The translations under genes were made by a program, and so were the position numbers. This document shows positions 17,544-26,541 of a stretch of DNA of 63,462 bases, piece by piece. The DNA lies in the IMG/VR virus record IMGVR_UViG_3300021185_002499, positions 1-63,462 of that record; one strand, written 5' to 3'. Below the pieces are notes generated by a model. It searched no databases. It saw nothing but the letters and a program-made list of their open reading frames with translations, and was not told where the DNA came from. The DNA is from a virus. Its lineage: Duplodnaviria > Caudoviricetes. Position 1 is the stretch's first letter. The number at the start of each line of letters is the position of its first letter.

Positions 17544-17842
17544 AAATGTTATGAGAACCGTGTGGCAAAGCATTGTCCAGAGAAGCATAACATTTATGAT
17601 GGTCCTCTACCCCGTTGGCTTCGGCGAGGATAAGGAGTAATTACCTGAAGAACCCGCACAAGGGACACCATCATTATAATATTTTTTGTGTGTTTGTATG
17701 ACCAAAAAACCGTCGTACCTCTGCAGGGGTGAATAAAACCGGCGGTGAGGTCTTCACACAAATTAAAATCTACAGGGGATTACCGACGGGTAAATATAAT
17801 CTCGAGATGAAGTAAGGGTAATGTTCCTTCTCCTCTGTACCA
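17544..17842 (+). ncRNA. Candidate structured non-coding RNA block (four stem-closed domains)
   Basis: GC-richer gap between genes. Closing stems: AAATGTTATG/CATAACATTT, ATGATGGT/ACCATCAT, TTTGTGTG/CACACAAA, TACAGGGGA/TCCTCTGTA. G-U wobbles favour the plus strand. Confidence 0.65.
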
Positions 17843-17871
17843 TATTAAATAATAACTTTAAAACAAACACT

Positions 17872-18036
17872 ATGACTAAACAATACAAAAACAAAAAAGC
17901 TTTAATCATATCAGACTCTTCTAAATTTCCTGAAGACTTCTGGAACTACTGGGTAAATCCTATTGTAGGTTATTATATACCTAGCACAAGATCAAAACAA
18001 TATAAACGTAAAGATAAAACAAATGAATTATTATGA
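17872..18036 (+). CDS. Hypothetical protein (start moved to ATG 17872)
   Basis: MTKQYKNK..FWNYWVNPIVGY; A/C-rich leader. Confidence 0.55.
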   Translation: MTKQYKNKKALIISDSSKFPEDFWNYWVNPIVGYYIPSTRSKQYKRKDKTNELL

Positions 18037-18170
18037 TTGTAGATATACGCTCTAACAAATCAGTATTTATAACTATAGGCACTGAAACATATTATATAGA
18101 TAACTCAACTAATGAACATATTATGGAACACTGGCAAACAGATCCTGAACACACTAATCCCTTATACTAA
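18033..18170 (+). CDS. Micro-ORF (45 aa)
   Basis: MIVDIRSNKSVFITIGTETYYIDNSTNE..; coupled at both ends. Confidence 0.55.
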   Translation: MIVDIRSNKSVFITIGTETYYIDNSTNEHIMEHWQTDPEHTNPLY

Positions 18171-18370
18171 TGACTTATAAAGAACTAAAAGAATACGTTG
18201 CTAATAACAAAAAAGCAAAAGCAATTGAATGGAAAAAAGAAATTGCTATACACGGACACTGTAAGCCTTTCACTGACAAAGAATATAAACAAAACAAAGA
18301 CTTAATATTTACTGGTAAAAAATCACACACTAATAAAATAGCAAGTACTAAACTATGGCAAACCTATTAA
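18170..18370 (+). CDS. Hypothetical protein
   Basis: Coupled ORF. Confidence 0.55.
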   Translation: MTYKELKEYVANNKKAKAIEWKKEIAIHGHCKPFTDKEYKQNKDLIFTGKKSHTNKIASTKLWQTY

Positions 18371-18543
18371 CTACATCCGACGACCTATGGGCTTGTATTA
18401 ATGCAATCCTTGATGATCAATTTGATAGTAACAAACTATCTTATGCTGAATCTGTAGCTTTACGTAAATTGTATGACGGAGCTAAAGAATTAAATGAAAT
18501 GAATGACAAAATTGAAAAACTTTTATATAACCAATACAAATAA
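18355..18543 (+). CDS. Hypothetical protein
   Basis: Coupled ORF. Confidence 0.55.
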   Translation: MANLLTTSDDLWACINAILDDQFDSNKLSYAESVALRKLYDGAKELNEMNDKIEKLLYNQYK

Positions 18544-18546
18544 ATT

Positions 18547-18759
18547 ATGAATAAAATTAAAAAAGAAACAATTAAAGTAAAATCAACAGCAATTAAAAAA
18601 GCTAAATACAACCACAGAAAAAAAATATTATCAATTAAATTTCATAATGGTGATATATATTACTATCCTGAAATTGAACCATTTATATTTGAAGGATTAA
18701 AAGCATCTGACTCTGTAGGTAAATTTCTAAATAAATATATTATTCATGCAAACAAATAA
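18547..18759 (+). CDS. KTSC domain protein
   Basis: VKSTAIK..Y..LSIKFHNGDIYYY..ASDSVGKFLNKYI. Confidence 0.85.
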   Translation: MNKIKKETIKVKSTAIKKAKYNHRKKILSIKFHNGDIYYYPEIEPFIFEGLKASDSVGKFLNKYIIHANK

Positions 18760-18961
18760 AATAAATGCACTAAATAAAATACACACTAAACTTATCAATT
18801 GTACTAGAAAAGTACGTGAAGCTGAAGAGTTTAAAGGTTTCTGGTCTGATGATGATGCAGATGATGTTGAATCATCCAGGCAAATGCTACTAACCAGTGC
18901 TATTAAAGAACAAGAAATATATGAATATATTTATAAACTAATAAAAAATGACATTAAGTAA
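18746..18961 (+). CDS. Hypothetical protein
   Basis: Coupled ORF. Confidence 0.5.
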   Translation: MQTNKINALNKIHTKLINCTRKVREAEEFKGFWSDDDADDVESSRQMLLTSAIKEQEIYEYIYKLIKNDIK

Positions 18962-19229
18962 CGAAGAAATTGAACGCATTGCAGAATTAATATTTAAAAA
19001 AATATTAGATAAACAAGCTGCACTTGAAAAAGAATCTGAACACATATATCATATATATGACGATGTAGGTAATGTATCCGTTGTTAATGAATTAGCATTC
19101 TTACAAGTTGAATTAGATAGATGCAATGAATTAAAAGATAAATACGTTAATGAAGAGCAGTTTGAAAAAGCTATGCTACTTAAAGATAAGATAGCAGAAT
19201 TAGAATTAAAAATTAAAAACATAAAATAA
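18948..19229 (+). CDS. UvrB/UvrC (UVR) motif protein
   Basis: C-terminal EEQFEKAMLLKDKIAEL. Confidence 0.65.
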   Translation: MTLSNEEIERIAELIFKKILDKQAALEKESEHIYHIYDDVGNVSVVNELAFLQVELDRCNELKDKYVNEEQFEKAMLLKDKIAELELKIKNIK

Positions 19230-19639
19230 TGATAAAAAAAACAATACCCACAATATCTTTATCAGCTTTAAAACAATTAGTTGAAAAAGAATTAAAGATA
19301 AAAGACATAGCAGATAAGTGTAGATCAAGAGAGTTGGCTCAAGCAAGATTTATATACTATAAATTAAGTAAAAAGTTTCAACCCTTATCTAGCTTAGCAT
19401 CTATAGGTAAGCACGTTAAGCGTGATCACGCTACGGTTATTAATGGTTTAAACAAATGGGATAGTGAAATTATATATGACCCTTATATGGAAAAAGTATA
19501 TGATAGGATTAGCCTAACATTAGTTGAGTCTGCTACACTAATAGATCAAGATGAGAGTGCTTTATCACTACAAGCCTTAGAGTCAAGGATATCTGATTTA
19601 GAAGCTTCTTTAATTAATTATAAGTTACAAACCGCATAA
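19229..19639 (+). CDS. DnaA domain IV-like HTH protein
   Basis: RSRELAQAR..SLASIG..RDHATVING. Confidence 0.8.
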   Translation: MIKKTIPTISLSALKQLVEKELKIKDIADKCRSRELAQARFIYYKLSKKFQPLSSLASIGKHVKRDHATVINGLNKWDSEIIYDPYMEKVYDRISLTLVESATLIDQDESALSLQALESRISDLEASLINYKLQTA

Positions 19640-19641
19640 TT

Positions 19642-20010
19642 ATGCTATACACACACATTTTTGTATTATATTTGTTCTCTTTGTTTTCACAAGAAACAAC
19701 AGTTACAGCCACAATATATCACGCTGTAGCGGAACAAACGGATTCAACACCAGACACAACTGCAAGTATGTTTAAACTTGATTTAAATAACCCACGTAAG
19801 CATAATATAATAGCTGTGTCAAGAGATCTTGAAGCACTTGGTTTTAAATTAGGAACTAAAGTAATAGTTACGGGTGCAGGTGATTTAGACGGTGTATGGA
19901 ATATAGAAGATAGGATGAACAAACGTTTCACAAAACGTATTGATTTCCTTGTTAACACATCACTTAAGGGTGGTAAATGGGAAAACGTAAAGATTAAAAC
20001 AATCAAATAA
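19642..20010 (+). CDS. Exported 3D-domain (double-psi beta-barrel) peptidoglycan-acting protein
   Basis: Hydrophobic N-terminus; VTATIY..QTDSTP..TAS..IAVSRDL..GTKV..ED..RIDFL. Confidence 0.8.
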   Translation: MLYTHIFVLYLFSLFSQETTVTATIYHAVAEQTDSTPDTTASMFKLDLNNPRKHNIIAVSRDLEALGFKLGTKVIVTGAGDLDGVWNIEDRMNKRFTKRIDFLVNTSLKGGKWENVKIKTIK

Positions 20011-20111
20011 TGGGAAGAACAAAAGATTTGCTAATGCAAATGAATGAAGCGGAATTAAATAATTTAGAAATTATTTACGAGGTTATCCAACCAATCGATA
20101 ATAGTTCGAAG

Positions 20112-20158
20112 TGTGACGATAGTCAGTTATAATGTTATAGTAATAAGCTAATGTCACA
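20112..20158. promoter_or_regulatory. Inverted-repeat site C, overlapping the start codon of the HTH gene
   Basis: TGTGACGATAGT-N23-GCTAATGTCACA; the ATG at 20151 lies in the right arm. Confidence 0.65.
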
Positions 20159-20765
20159 TAGAAATACAAAATACCTTGATAATAAAAGAATAGTGTACAG
20201 GAGAAATCCTATTACAGATGTACCTACTGTATCTTTTGATTGGGGTAATTTTTATAAAGACGGTACTTATGAATGTTATGAGCTATTCAGAAGTAAAGCT
20301 AAGATTACAACTTATAAATCACTAAAGTGGCATGTATTAGTATTATGGTACTTAAACCCTTCTTTAAATAAAGAAGACTTTGAAGAGCTAGTATATTTTA
20401 TAGCAGATAAAGAAAATGGATTTGTTACATTCTTTACGCCTGAAAAAGTTATAAAAGATATAGTAAGCACTGTTATGCTACATGATTTAGAAGATCCACC
20501 TAAAAACAAACTCAGAAAAATAATTTTTAAAGATAATTCAGGTTTACTTATTTCACAAAAGATGTCTATAGTTGGGACATTGATTGGAAAAACAAAAAAA
20601 GCAGATGCTAGTGATATTTACGAAACAATGTTGTATCTTCACGATGGTAATGAAAAGATTACTATAAAAAAGATAGCAAATGTGTTAGATGTATCTACTA
20701 GAACCATATACCGAAACATGGATGCTAAGTTAAACCAAGAAAAAGAATTATTAAATGAGTTATGA
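20151..20765 (+). CDS. DNA-binding protein with C-terminal HTH (regulator or replication initiator)
   Basis: ITIKKIANVLDVSTRTIYRNM. Confidence 0.7.
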   Translation: MSHRNTKYLDNKRIVYRRNPITDVPTVSFDWGNFYKDGTYECYELFRSKAKITTYKSLKWHVLVLWYLNPSLNKEDFEELVYFIADKENGFVTFFTPEKVIKDIVSTVMLHDLEDPPKNKLRKIIFKDNSGLLISQKMSIVGTLIGKTKKADASDIYETMLYLHDGNEKITIKKIANVLDVSTRTIYRNMDAKLNQEKELLNEL

Positions 20766-21517
20766 AAAAATATAACATACAGAACTATGTAAGATATAAA
20801 ACAGACACCACAGAATGCATTGAATCAATACAAGAAAAAGATTACAATGAATACGAAAGAAACGAGCTGATAACAATATTGATGCCGCTCGTTGAAACTA
20901 TAGCTAGAAAATTCTCCACAGGAGAACAAGCCTCAGGCATACTTGACATTACAGACTTAATACAAGAAGGAGCCGTTGGATTAATATATGCTGTAGATAA
21001 AATTGAATGGGATGTAATAAATTCATCCACTGACCCTGAAAAAACTCTTAAATCATTTGTTTCAAAAAGAATTAAGGGTGCAATAAGGAGAGCTATTGAT
21101 ATAAATAGAGGTAACATACGTATTCCTGAGCATAAGTTAAATGAAATGCGAAAAAATACAGGAGAAGATAAACGTATTGTAGAAATGTTCTTTAATAGTA
21201 TATTTTTAAGCTTAGACAACACATTAAATGAAGACGGTTCTAGTTATGATGTGATTGATTCTAGTAAAGATTATAATATAGATTTAATGAATAAATACCT
21301 TTTAGGTATCATGGAAACTTTCTTAGATATAAGAGAGTATGATGTTCTTAGAATGAGTTACGGTTTAGACTGTGATAAGATGTCGGCTAAAGATATTGCT
21401 GAAAAGTTAAATATTAAAGGTACAGCATCATTTGTAAGAATATCACAAATAAAAAGAGAAGCTATTGATAAGCTAATCGAAAGTGTAGATCCATCACAAG
21501 TTATTGATTGGCAATAA
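20762..21517 (+). CDS. Sigma-70-family RNA polymerase sigma factor
   Basis: Region 2 DLIQEGAVGLIYAVDK..RIKGAIRRAI..IRIPEH; region 4 REYDVLRMSYGL..DIAEKLNI..RISQIKREAIDKL. Confidence 0.9.
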   Translation: MKKYNIQNYVRYKTDTTECIESIQEKDYNEYERNELITILMPLVETIARKFSTGEQASGILDITDLIQEGAVGLIYAVDKIEWDVINSSTDPEKTLKSFVSKRIKGAIRRAIDINRGNIRIPEHKLNEMRKNTGEDKRIVEMFFNSIFLSLDNTLNEDGSSYDVIDSSKDYNIDLMNKYLLGIMETFLDIREYDVLRMSYGLDCDKMSAKDIAEKLNIKGTASFVRISQIKREAIDKLIESVDPSQVIDWQ

Positions 21518-21572
21518 TTTATGAATCTATATCCATTTAAGAAATGAGTATTAACAAATAATATAATATAAT

Positions 21573-22133
21573 ATGACAATTCAAGAAAAATTAAGTTTAA
21601 TTCAGCAAGAGTTCAAAGCTAAAAAGTCGAGATATAATTCTTTTGGTAAATATAATTTTAGATCTGCTGAAGACATTTTAGAAGCACTTAAACCTATCAA
21701 TGAAAAGTATAAAGTATATTTTACTATTGAAGAGCGTGTTAGTGAAATAGCAGGCTTACCCATCATTCATTCTGTAGCAACTATGCATGATGGTGATTTA
21801 AGTATCTCTGCTACAGCTATAGTAGGTGTTGATTTAAATCAAAAAGGTATGCAAGTACCACAACAATTTGGATCAGCATCTTCTTACGGTAAAAAATATT
21901 CATTAGGTAATTTATTACTTATTGATGACACAGCAGATGCGGATGCTACTAATTCAGGTGCTGCTAAAAATAAACCTAAACTACTAAAAGGCTCAGAAAA
22001 CTGGGGTAAAGCTTTAAGCTATATTAATTCTGGAGGTGATATGAGTGCTATATTGAATAAATATACTGTTTCAATAGAGGACAAGTCAGAATTAAAATCC
22101 TATGAAGTAAAAGCTCGTAGTAAAAAATCTTAA
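21573..22133 (+). CDS. ERF-family ssDNA annealing protein
   Basis: KSRYNSFGKYNFRSAEDILEALKP..GSASSYGKKYSL..IDDTADAD. Confidence 0.88.
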   Translation: MTIQEKLSLIQQEFKAKKSRYNSFGKYNFRSAEDILEALKPINEKYKVYFTIEERVSEIAGLPIIHSVATMHDGDLSISATAIVGVDLNQKGMQVPQQFGSASSYGKKYSLGNLLLIDDTADADATNSGAAKNKPKLLKGSENWGKALSYINSGGDMSAILNKYTVSIEDKSELKSYEVKARSKKS

Positions 22134-22134
22134 A

Positions 22135-22866
22135 ATGACTAAAGATAAAATATTAAATAAATTAAGAGACGATGCACACTATTATGGGGACTTTGGCAAA
22201 CAATATCTTAGTAATTCTGACATTCAATCTTTAATTAATAACCCATTAGACTTCAAGAAGCCGATGCAACCAACCTCGGCTTTCTTGGTGGGTGGGTATT
22301 TTCACACTTGTATACTTGAACCAGATAAATTAAAGAAGTATAAAGTTGTGCAGGCCTCAACGAGGAACACAAAAGCATATAAAGAAATATCAGAAGGAGA
22401 GCTTTGTTTATTACAGCACGAGGTTGATATGATTGAGGTGCTTAGAGATAAGATGTTTGAAAATGAAATTTGTAGAGATTTTATACAAAATGAAACAAAC
22501 GATTACGAACAACCAGGTATTGTTGAATTAGAAGGCAATATGTGGAAAGGAAAAGCAGATATTATAAACCATGACGAAAAATTAATTATTGATTTAAAAA
22601 CAACAAACGATATTTCAAAATTTAAATGGAGTGCTTCTCGCTATAATTATGATAGCCAGGCTTACATTTATAGAAAAATGTTTGGATATGATTTTTTATT
22701 CTTAGTAATAGATAAAAATACGCAGCAAATTGGTATCTTTGATTGTTCAGACAGATTCTATGAGTCAGGAGCAGACAAAGTAAAGAAAGCAACTGAAGCT
22801 TACGAATTATTTTACAAAACCGAAGGGTTTGATCCTTCACAATATTTTTTAACTAAAACACTATAA
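22135..22866 (+). CDS. PD-(D/E)XK exonuclease (RecE/DUF3799-like)
   Basis: LSNSDI..G..FH..ILEP..KGKAD..IIDLKTT..Y..QAYIY. Confidence 0.8.
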   Translation: MTKDKILNKLRDDAHYYGDFGKQYLSNSDIQSLINNPLDFKKPMQPTSAFLVGGYFHTCILEPDKLKKYKVVQASTRNTKAYKEISEGELCLLQHEVDMIEVLRDKMFENEICRDFIQNETNDYEQPGIVELEGNMWKGKADIINHDEKLIIDLKTTNDISKFKWSASRYNYDSQAYIYRKMFGYDFLFLVIDKNTQQIGIFDCSDRFYESGADKVKKATEAYELFYKTEGFDPSQYFLTKTL

Positions 22867-22867
22867 A

Positions 22868-23188
22868 ATGGCAGGAATTTTAAAAGGAAGCATTAATCTT
22901 AGTGCAATCCCAAAAGACAAAATCATTCCAGGTAAGAAAGGACAGTACTTACCTGTAACAATTACTTTTAATGATGAAGTAGATCAATTTGGTAATCAAG
23001 GACCTATCATCGTTGAACAAACTAAAGAAGAAAGAGATAGCAAAGCGGCTAAGACCTATTTAGGAAACATTAAAATTGTTTGGACTAATGGTCAAGTTGA
23101 AGCAGCGCCAAGACAAGACCAAGGTATGCAACAACAAATTAATGCTGCAGTGCCTCAACCACCTTCAACACCAGATTTACCATTCTAA
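22868..23188 (+). CDS. Putative ssDNA-binding protein
   Basis: C-terminal DLPF tail after a Q/P linker; located between the exonuclease and primase genes. Confidence 0.6.
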   Translation: MAGILKGSINLSAIPKDKIIPGKKGQYLPVTITFNDEVDQFGNQGPIIVEQTKEERDSKAAKTYLGNIKIVWTNGQVEAAPRQDQGMQQQINAAVPQPPSTPDLPF

Positions 23189-23257
23189 TGGATGAGGATT
23201 ATATAAGCATTGTAAAAGATGATAATGAACAAATAACTTTAATAGAAGATTAATTAA

Positions 23258-24967
23258 ATGAACACAACGGAGATCAATGGATTCTTGATTGATAATTTCA
23301 ATCAATATGATCTACCAGAAGGAAAAACACAAGGTATATGTCCATTGTGTTCTTCTGATAGAAAACCCAAAAATCAGAAAGCAAACTGTGCTTCTTATGA
23401 TTGGGAACGTGGTCTTGGCACTTGTCACAATTGCAATAAAACATTTCAACTACATAGTTATCAGCGTAAAGGCGCATCTGACAAAGTATATGTTAGGCCC
23501 ACTACTCCTGATTTTATAGAAGAAGTTAGTACCAATGTAGAGAAATGGTTTGATGGTCGAGGTATATCTAAAGAAAGCTTAAGGCAACTTAAAGTTACTG
23601 AAGGTTCTGAATTTATGCCTCAGACTGGTCAAATGGAAAACACTATACACTTTAATTATTTTATAGGAGATCAGCTAATAAACGTAAAGTATAGAGATGG
23701 TCGTAAAAACTTTAAATTATATAAAGGAGCAGAAAAAATATTTTACAATATAAATAGTGTTGTAGGATATGATTATTGTGTTATAGTTGAAGGCGAAATG
23801 GATGTGTTAAGCTTACACGAAGCTGGAATTGAAAATGTAGTATCTGTACCTAACGGTGCAACTCTGAATAACAACAACCTCGATTACTTAGACAATTGTA
23901 TTGATTATTTTACCGATAAAGATAAGATAATAATTGCAGTTGATGATGATGATGCAGGACAAGCTCTACAACAAGAGTTAGTTAGAAGGCTAGGTGCTGA
24001 GGTTTGTTATTTGGCTACATTTGAAGATTGTAAAGACGCAAACGAATACTTATTAAAACATGGAAAAGAAAAACTGGCAAAGCGTATTACCCAAGCGAAA
24101 CCAGTCCCACTGGAAAATGTTACGACGTTCAGGGACATTGAAGGAGAAATTACAGATTTTGTGCAAAATGGTTTTAAACCCGGTTACCAAATTGGATTAC
24201 CTAATTTCGATAGTATTTTCAGTACTTATACTGGTCAGTTTATCACTGTTACTGGTATCCCTTCTAGTGGAAAGTCTGACTTTGTTGACCAAATGGTGGT
24301 TGGGTATAATGTAAATTATCAATGGAAAACAGCATTTGCTTCACCTGAAAATGCGCCCACATATTTACATGCACACAAACTAATGCGAAAAGTATGGCAA
24401 GATATGCCAACTAAAAAAGATATTGGTACAGATAAATGGAATCAAGTAGCGGAACACGTTAATGATAACTTTTACTTTATCGATATGGATAAGTATAGTT
24501 TAGAGGCTGTATTACGTAAAGGAGCTGAACTGGTTAAGCGAAAAGGTATTAAATGTTTAGTTATTGATCCATTTAATAAAGTAAGATCTAATGACTCTTC
24601 AGGAGATGTTAATGTATATACACTTGAATATCTTTCTAAAATAGAAATATTTGCAAAGAAATATGATGTATTAGTTATTGTAGTTGCTCACCCTACTAAA
24701 ATGTATAAAGATGCAAATGGTAAGATAGAGGAACCTACAATGTATAATATTAAAGGAGGAGGTGAATGGTATGATGCAAGTTATCATGGTATATTAGTTC
24801 ATAGAGATTATGAAGAAAGAACTGTTAAAGCTAAGATATTGAAAGTTAAGTTTCAAAACCTTGGCGAGAATGGTGCGGAAGCTCATTTTAAATGGGAACC
24901 TAAGTCAGGTTGCTTTATACCTCATGAACCTTTAGACTTAACTACTGAAGCAATGCCTTGGGAATAA
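23258..24967 (+). CDS. Primase-helicase (T7 gp4/Twinkle-like)
   Basis: CPLC..CHNC zinc ribbon; TOPRIM IVEGEMD, DDDDAG, KDANE; Walker A GIPSSGKS; LVIDP; VAHP. Confidence 0.93.
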   Translation: MNTTEINGFLIDNFNQYDLPEGKTQGICPLCSSDRKPKNQKANCASYDWERGLGTCHNCNKTFQLHSYQRKGASDKVYVRPTTPDFIEEVSTNVEKWFDGRGISKESLRQLKVTEGSEFMPQTGQMENTIHFNYFIGDQLINVKYRDGRKNFKLYKGAEKIFYNINSVVGYDYCVIVEGEMDVLSLHEAGIENVVSVPNGATLNNNNLDYLDNCIDYFTDKDKIIIAVDDDDAGQALQQELVRRLGAEVCYLATFEDCKDANEYLLKHGKEKLAKRITQAKPVPLENVTTFRDIEGEITDFVQNGFKPGYQIGLPNFDSIFSTYTGQFITVTGIPSSGKSDFVDQMVVGYNVNYQWKTAFASPENAPTYLHAHKLMRKVWQDMPTKKDIGTDKWNQVAEHVNDNFYFIDMDKYSLEAVLRKGAELVKRKGIKCLVIDPFNKVRSNDSSGDVNVYTLEYLSKIEIFAKKYDVLVIVVAHPTKMYKDANGKIEEPTMYNIKGGGEWYDASYHGILVHRDYEERTVKAKILKVKFQNLGENGAEAHFKWEPKSGCFIPHEPLDLTTEAMPWE

Positions 24968-25225
24968 ATGGCTAAAAAGAAAGAAACGGTTTGGATGCCA
25001 GAGTATATGACTTCTAAGAATGAAAATGAGTGGTATGCTTGGGGAATTAATAATGGAATTAGAATATCACCTAAACCGGTAACTCAAGGCCCTAATCCTA
25101 AAGAATGGTATTTAGAAGTTTTTAATAATAACAGGTGGTATAAGTCACCTAACATTTATGGGCCAGATGAAATTTGGCACGAACTTTACTTAATGTATAA
25201 ATTTTATTATGATAAATATAGATGA
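24968..25225 (+). CDS. Hypothetical protein
   Basis: Aromatic-rich coupled ORF. Confidence 0.6.
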   Translation: MAKKKETVWMPEYMTSKNENEWYAWGINNGIRISPKPVTQGPNPKEWYLEVFNNNRWYKSPNIYGPDEIWHELYLMYKFYYDKYR

Positions 25226-26036
25226 AGAGTACAGAGGATTATTGTCAGGTGTATTTCACGCTGGCAAGCCTAAAGAAGATAGAACCGGTACAGGCACAAA
25301 GTCTGTGTTTGGTAGGACAATAAGGCATGATATGAAAGCTGGATTTCCTTTATTAACCACTAAAAAAATATACTTTAAAAATGCAGTCACAGAATTATTA
25401 TGGATATTACAAGGGCGCACTGATATGCAATATTTGCGTAACCATGGTGTTAGTTATTGGGATGCTGATTATGAAAGATCCAATAGAACCGACGGCACTC
25501 TTGGTAAAGTTTACGGCCACCAGTGGAGAGATAGTAATGGTGTTGATCAGTTGTATACTTTACTTCAGGAAATCAAATCAAGACCATATTCAAGAAGACT
25601 TATGGTCAATGCGTGGAATCCTAGTGACCTCGATGATATGGCATTACCTCCTTGTCATTACGGCTTTCAAGTTTATATAAATGATGGTAAATTGGATTTA
25701 ATGTGGCAACAAAGATCAGTAGATGTATTTTTAGGTTTACCTTATGATATTGCCATGTACGGATTATTACTTTTAATGCTAGCAAAAGGATTTGGATATG
25801 AGCCTGGACAATTAATAGGACAATTAGGTGATTGCCATTTATACAATAATCACTTAAAACAAGCTTCATTGCAATTATCAAGAGACTTTAAACCTTTATC
25901 TACAGTTGATATAGACTTTGGATTAAAAATAGTCGAAGGAGCCTCTAATTTTGTATTTATACCAACACATAAAATGATTAAATTAAACAATTATGAGTCA
26001 CACGGACCAATCAAAGCCCCTCTCTCAGTCGGATGA
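25209..26036 (+). CDS. thyA: Thymidylate synthase
   Basis: DRTGTGT, FPLLTTKK, MALPPCH, QRSVDVFLGLPYD, DCHLYNNH. Confidence 0.95.
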   Translation: MINIDEEYRGLLSGVFHAGKPKEDRTGTGTKSVFGRTIRHDMKAGFPLLTTKKIYFKNAVTELLWILQGRTDMQYLRNHGVSYWDADYERSNRTDGTLGKVYGHQWRDSNGVDQLYTLLQEIKSRPYSRRLMVNAWNPSDLDDMALPPCHYGFQVYINDGKLDLMWQQRSVDVFLGLPYDIAMYGLLLLMLAKGFGYEPGQLIGQLGDCHLYNNHLKQASLQLSRDFKPLSTVDIDFGLKIVEGASNFVFIPTHKMIKLNNYESHGPIKAPLSVG

Positions 26037-26121
26037 GTTGTGGTTTAAAAAAACAAATTATCCCGACAAATGGCTTAGTGCCAAAAGCAAAGAAATAATT
26101 AATAAAATAAAACAAAAACAA

Positions 26122-26541
26122 ATGAAAAAATTAATTTTTACACTATTATTACCTTTAATGTCATTCGCTCAAACGGACGCTTTAGATGCTTTAATTTTCC
26201 AGAACAGTATAAGAAGCTACTTTAATGTAGATAACTTAACATACAGCCCCGAATTAGCCACAGAGGCTCAATTTTGGGCAGAACACTTAGCTGATGTTGA
26301 TGATTTTGTTGTAAGTGATGATCCTTATGGTGAAAGTTTATATTGGATTGAAAAAAATCATTTAAAAAACAAAAAACAAAATGTTTTATTATCAGCATCA
26401 ATGAATTGGATATTAGAGTCAGAAGACATGAACACTTATAACCAAATGATATATAGTAAAGCTTCACAAATAGGCTTTGGTATTGCGGAGTCAATTGATG
26501 GAGTGTATGTAGTTGCTAAATACGATAAGTTATATGAGTAA
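26122..26541 (+). CDS. Exported CAP (SCP/PR-1-like) domain protein (start moved to ATG 26122)
   Basis: Signal peptide MKKLIFTLLLPLMSFAQ; LTYSPELATEAQFWAEHL, YGESLYW, QMIY..QIGFG..VYVVAKY. Confidence 0.75.
   Translation: MKKLIFTLLLPLMSFAQTDALDALIFQNSIRSYFNVDNLTYSPELATEAQFWAEHLADVDDFVVSDDPYGESLYWIEKNHLKNKKQNVLLSASMNWILESEDMNTYNQMIYSKASQIGFGIAESIDGVYVVAKYDKLYE

Noticed and set aside
17645-17670. CTGAAGA plus hairpin as a hammerhead ribozyme core
   Set aside because: No GAAA after the stem, and the required three-stem arrangement is missing
17772-17842. Canonical tRNA gene
   Set aside because: Ends in CCA and is cloverleaf-like, but has no TTC T-loop, no D-loop GG and no 7-nt anticodon loop. 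Kept only as a tRNA-like candidate.
20112-20158. TGTGA..TCACA as a CRP site
   Set aside because: Half-sites are 37 bp apart rather than 6, and the conserved arms extend to 12 bp
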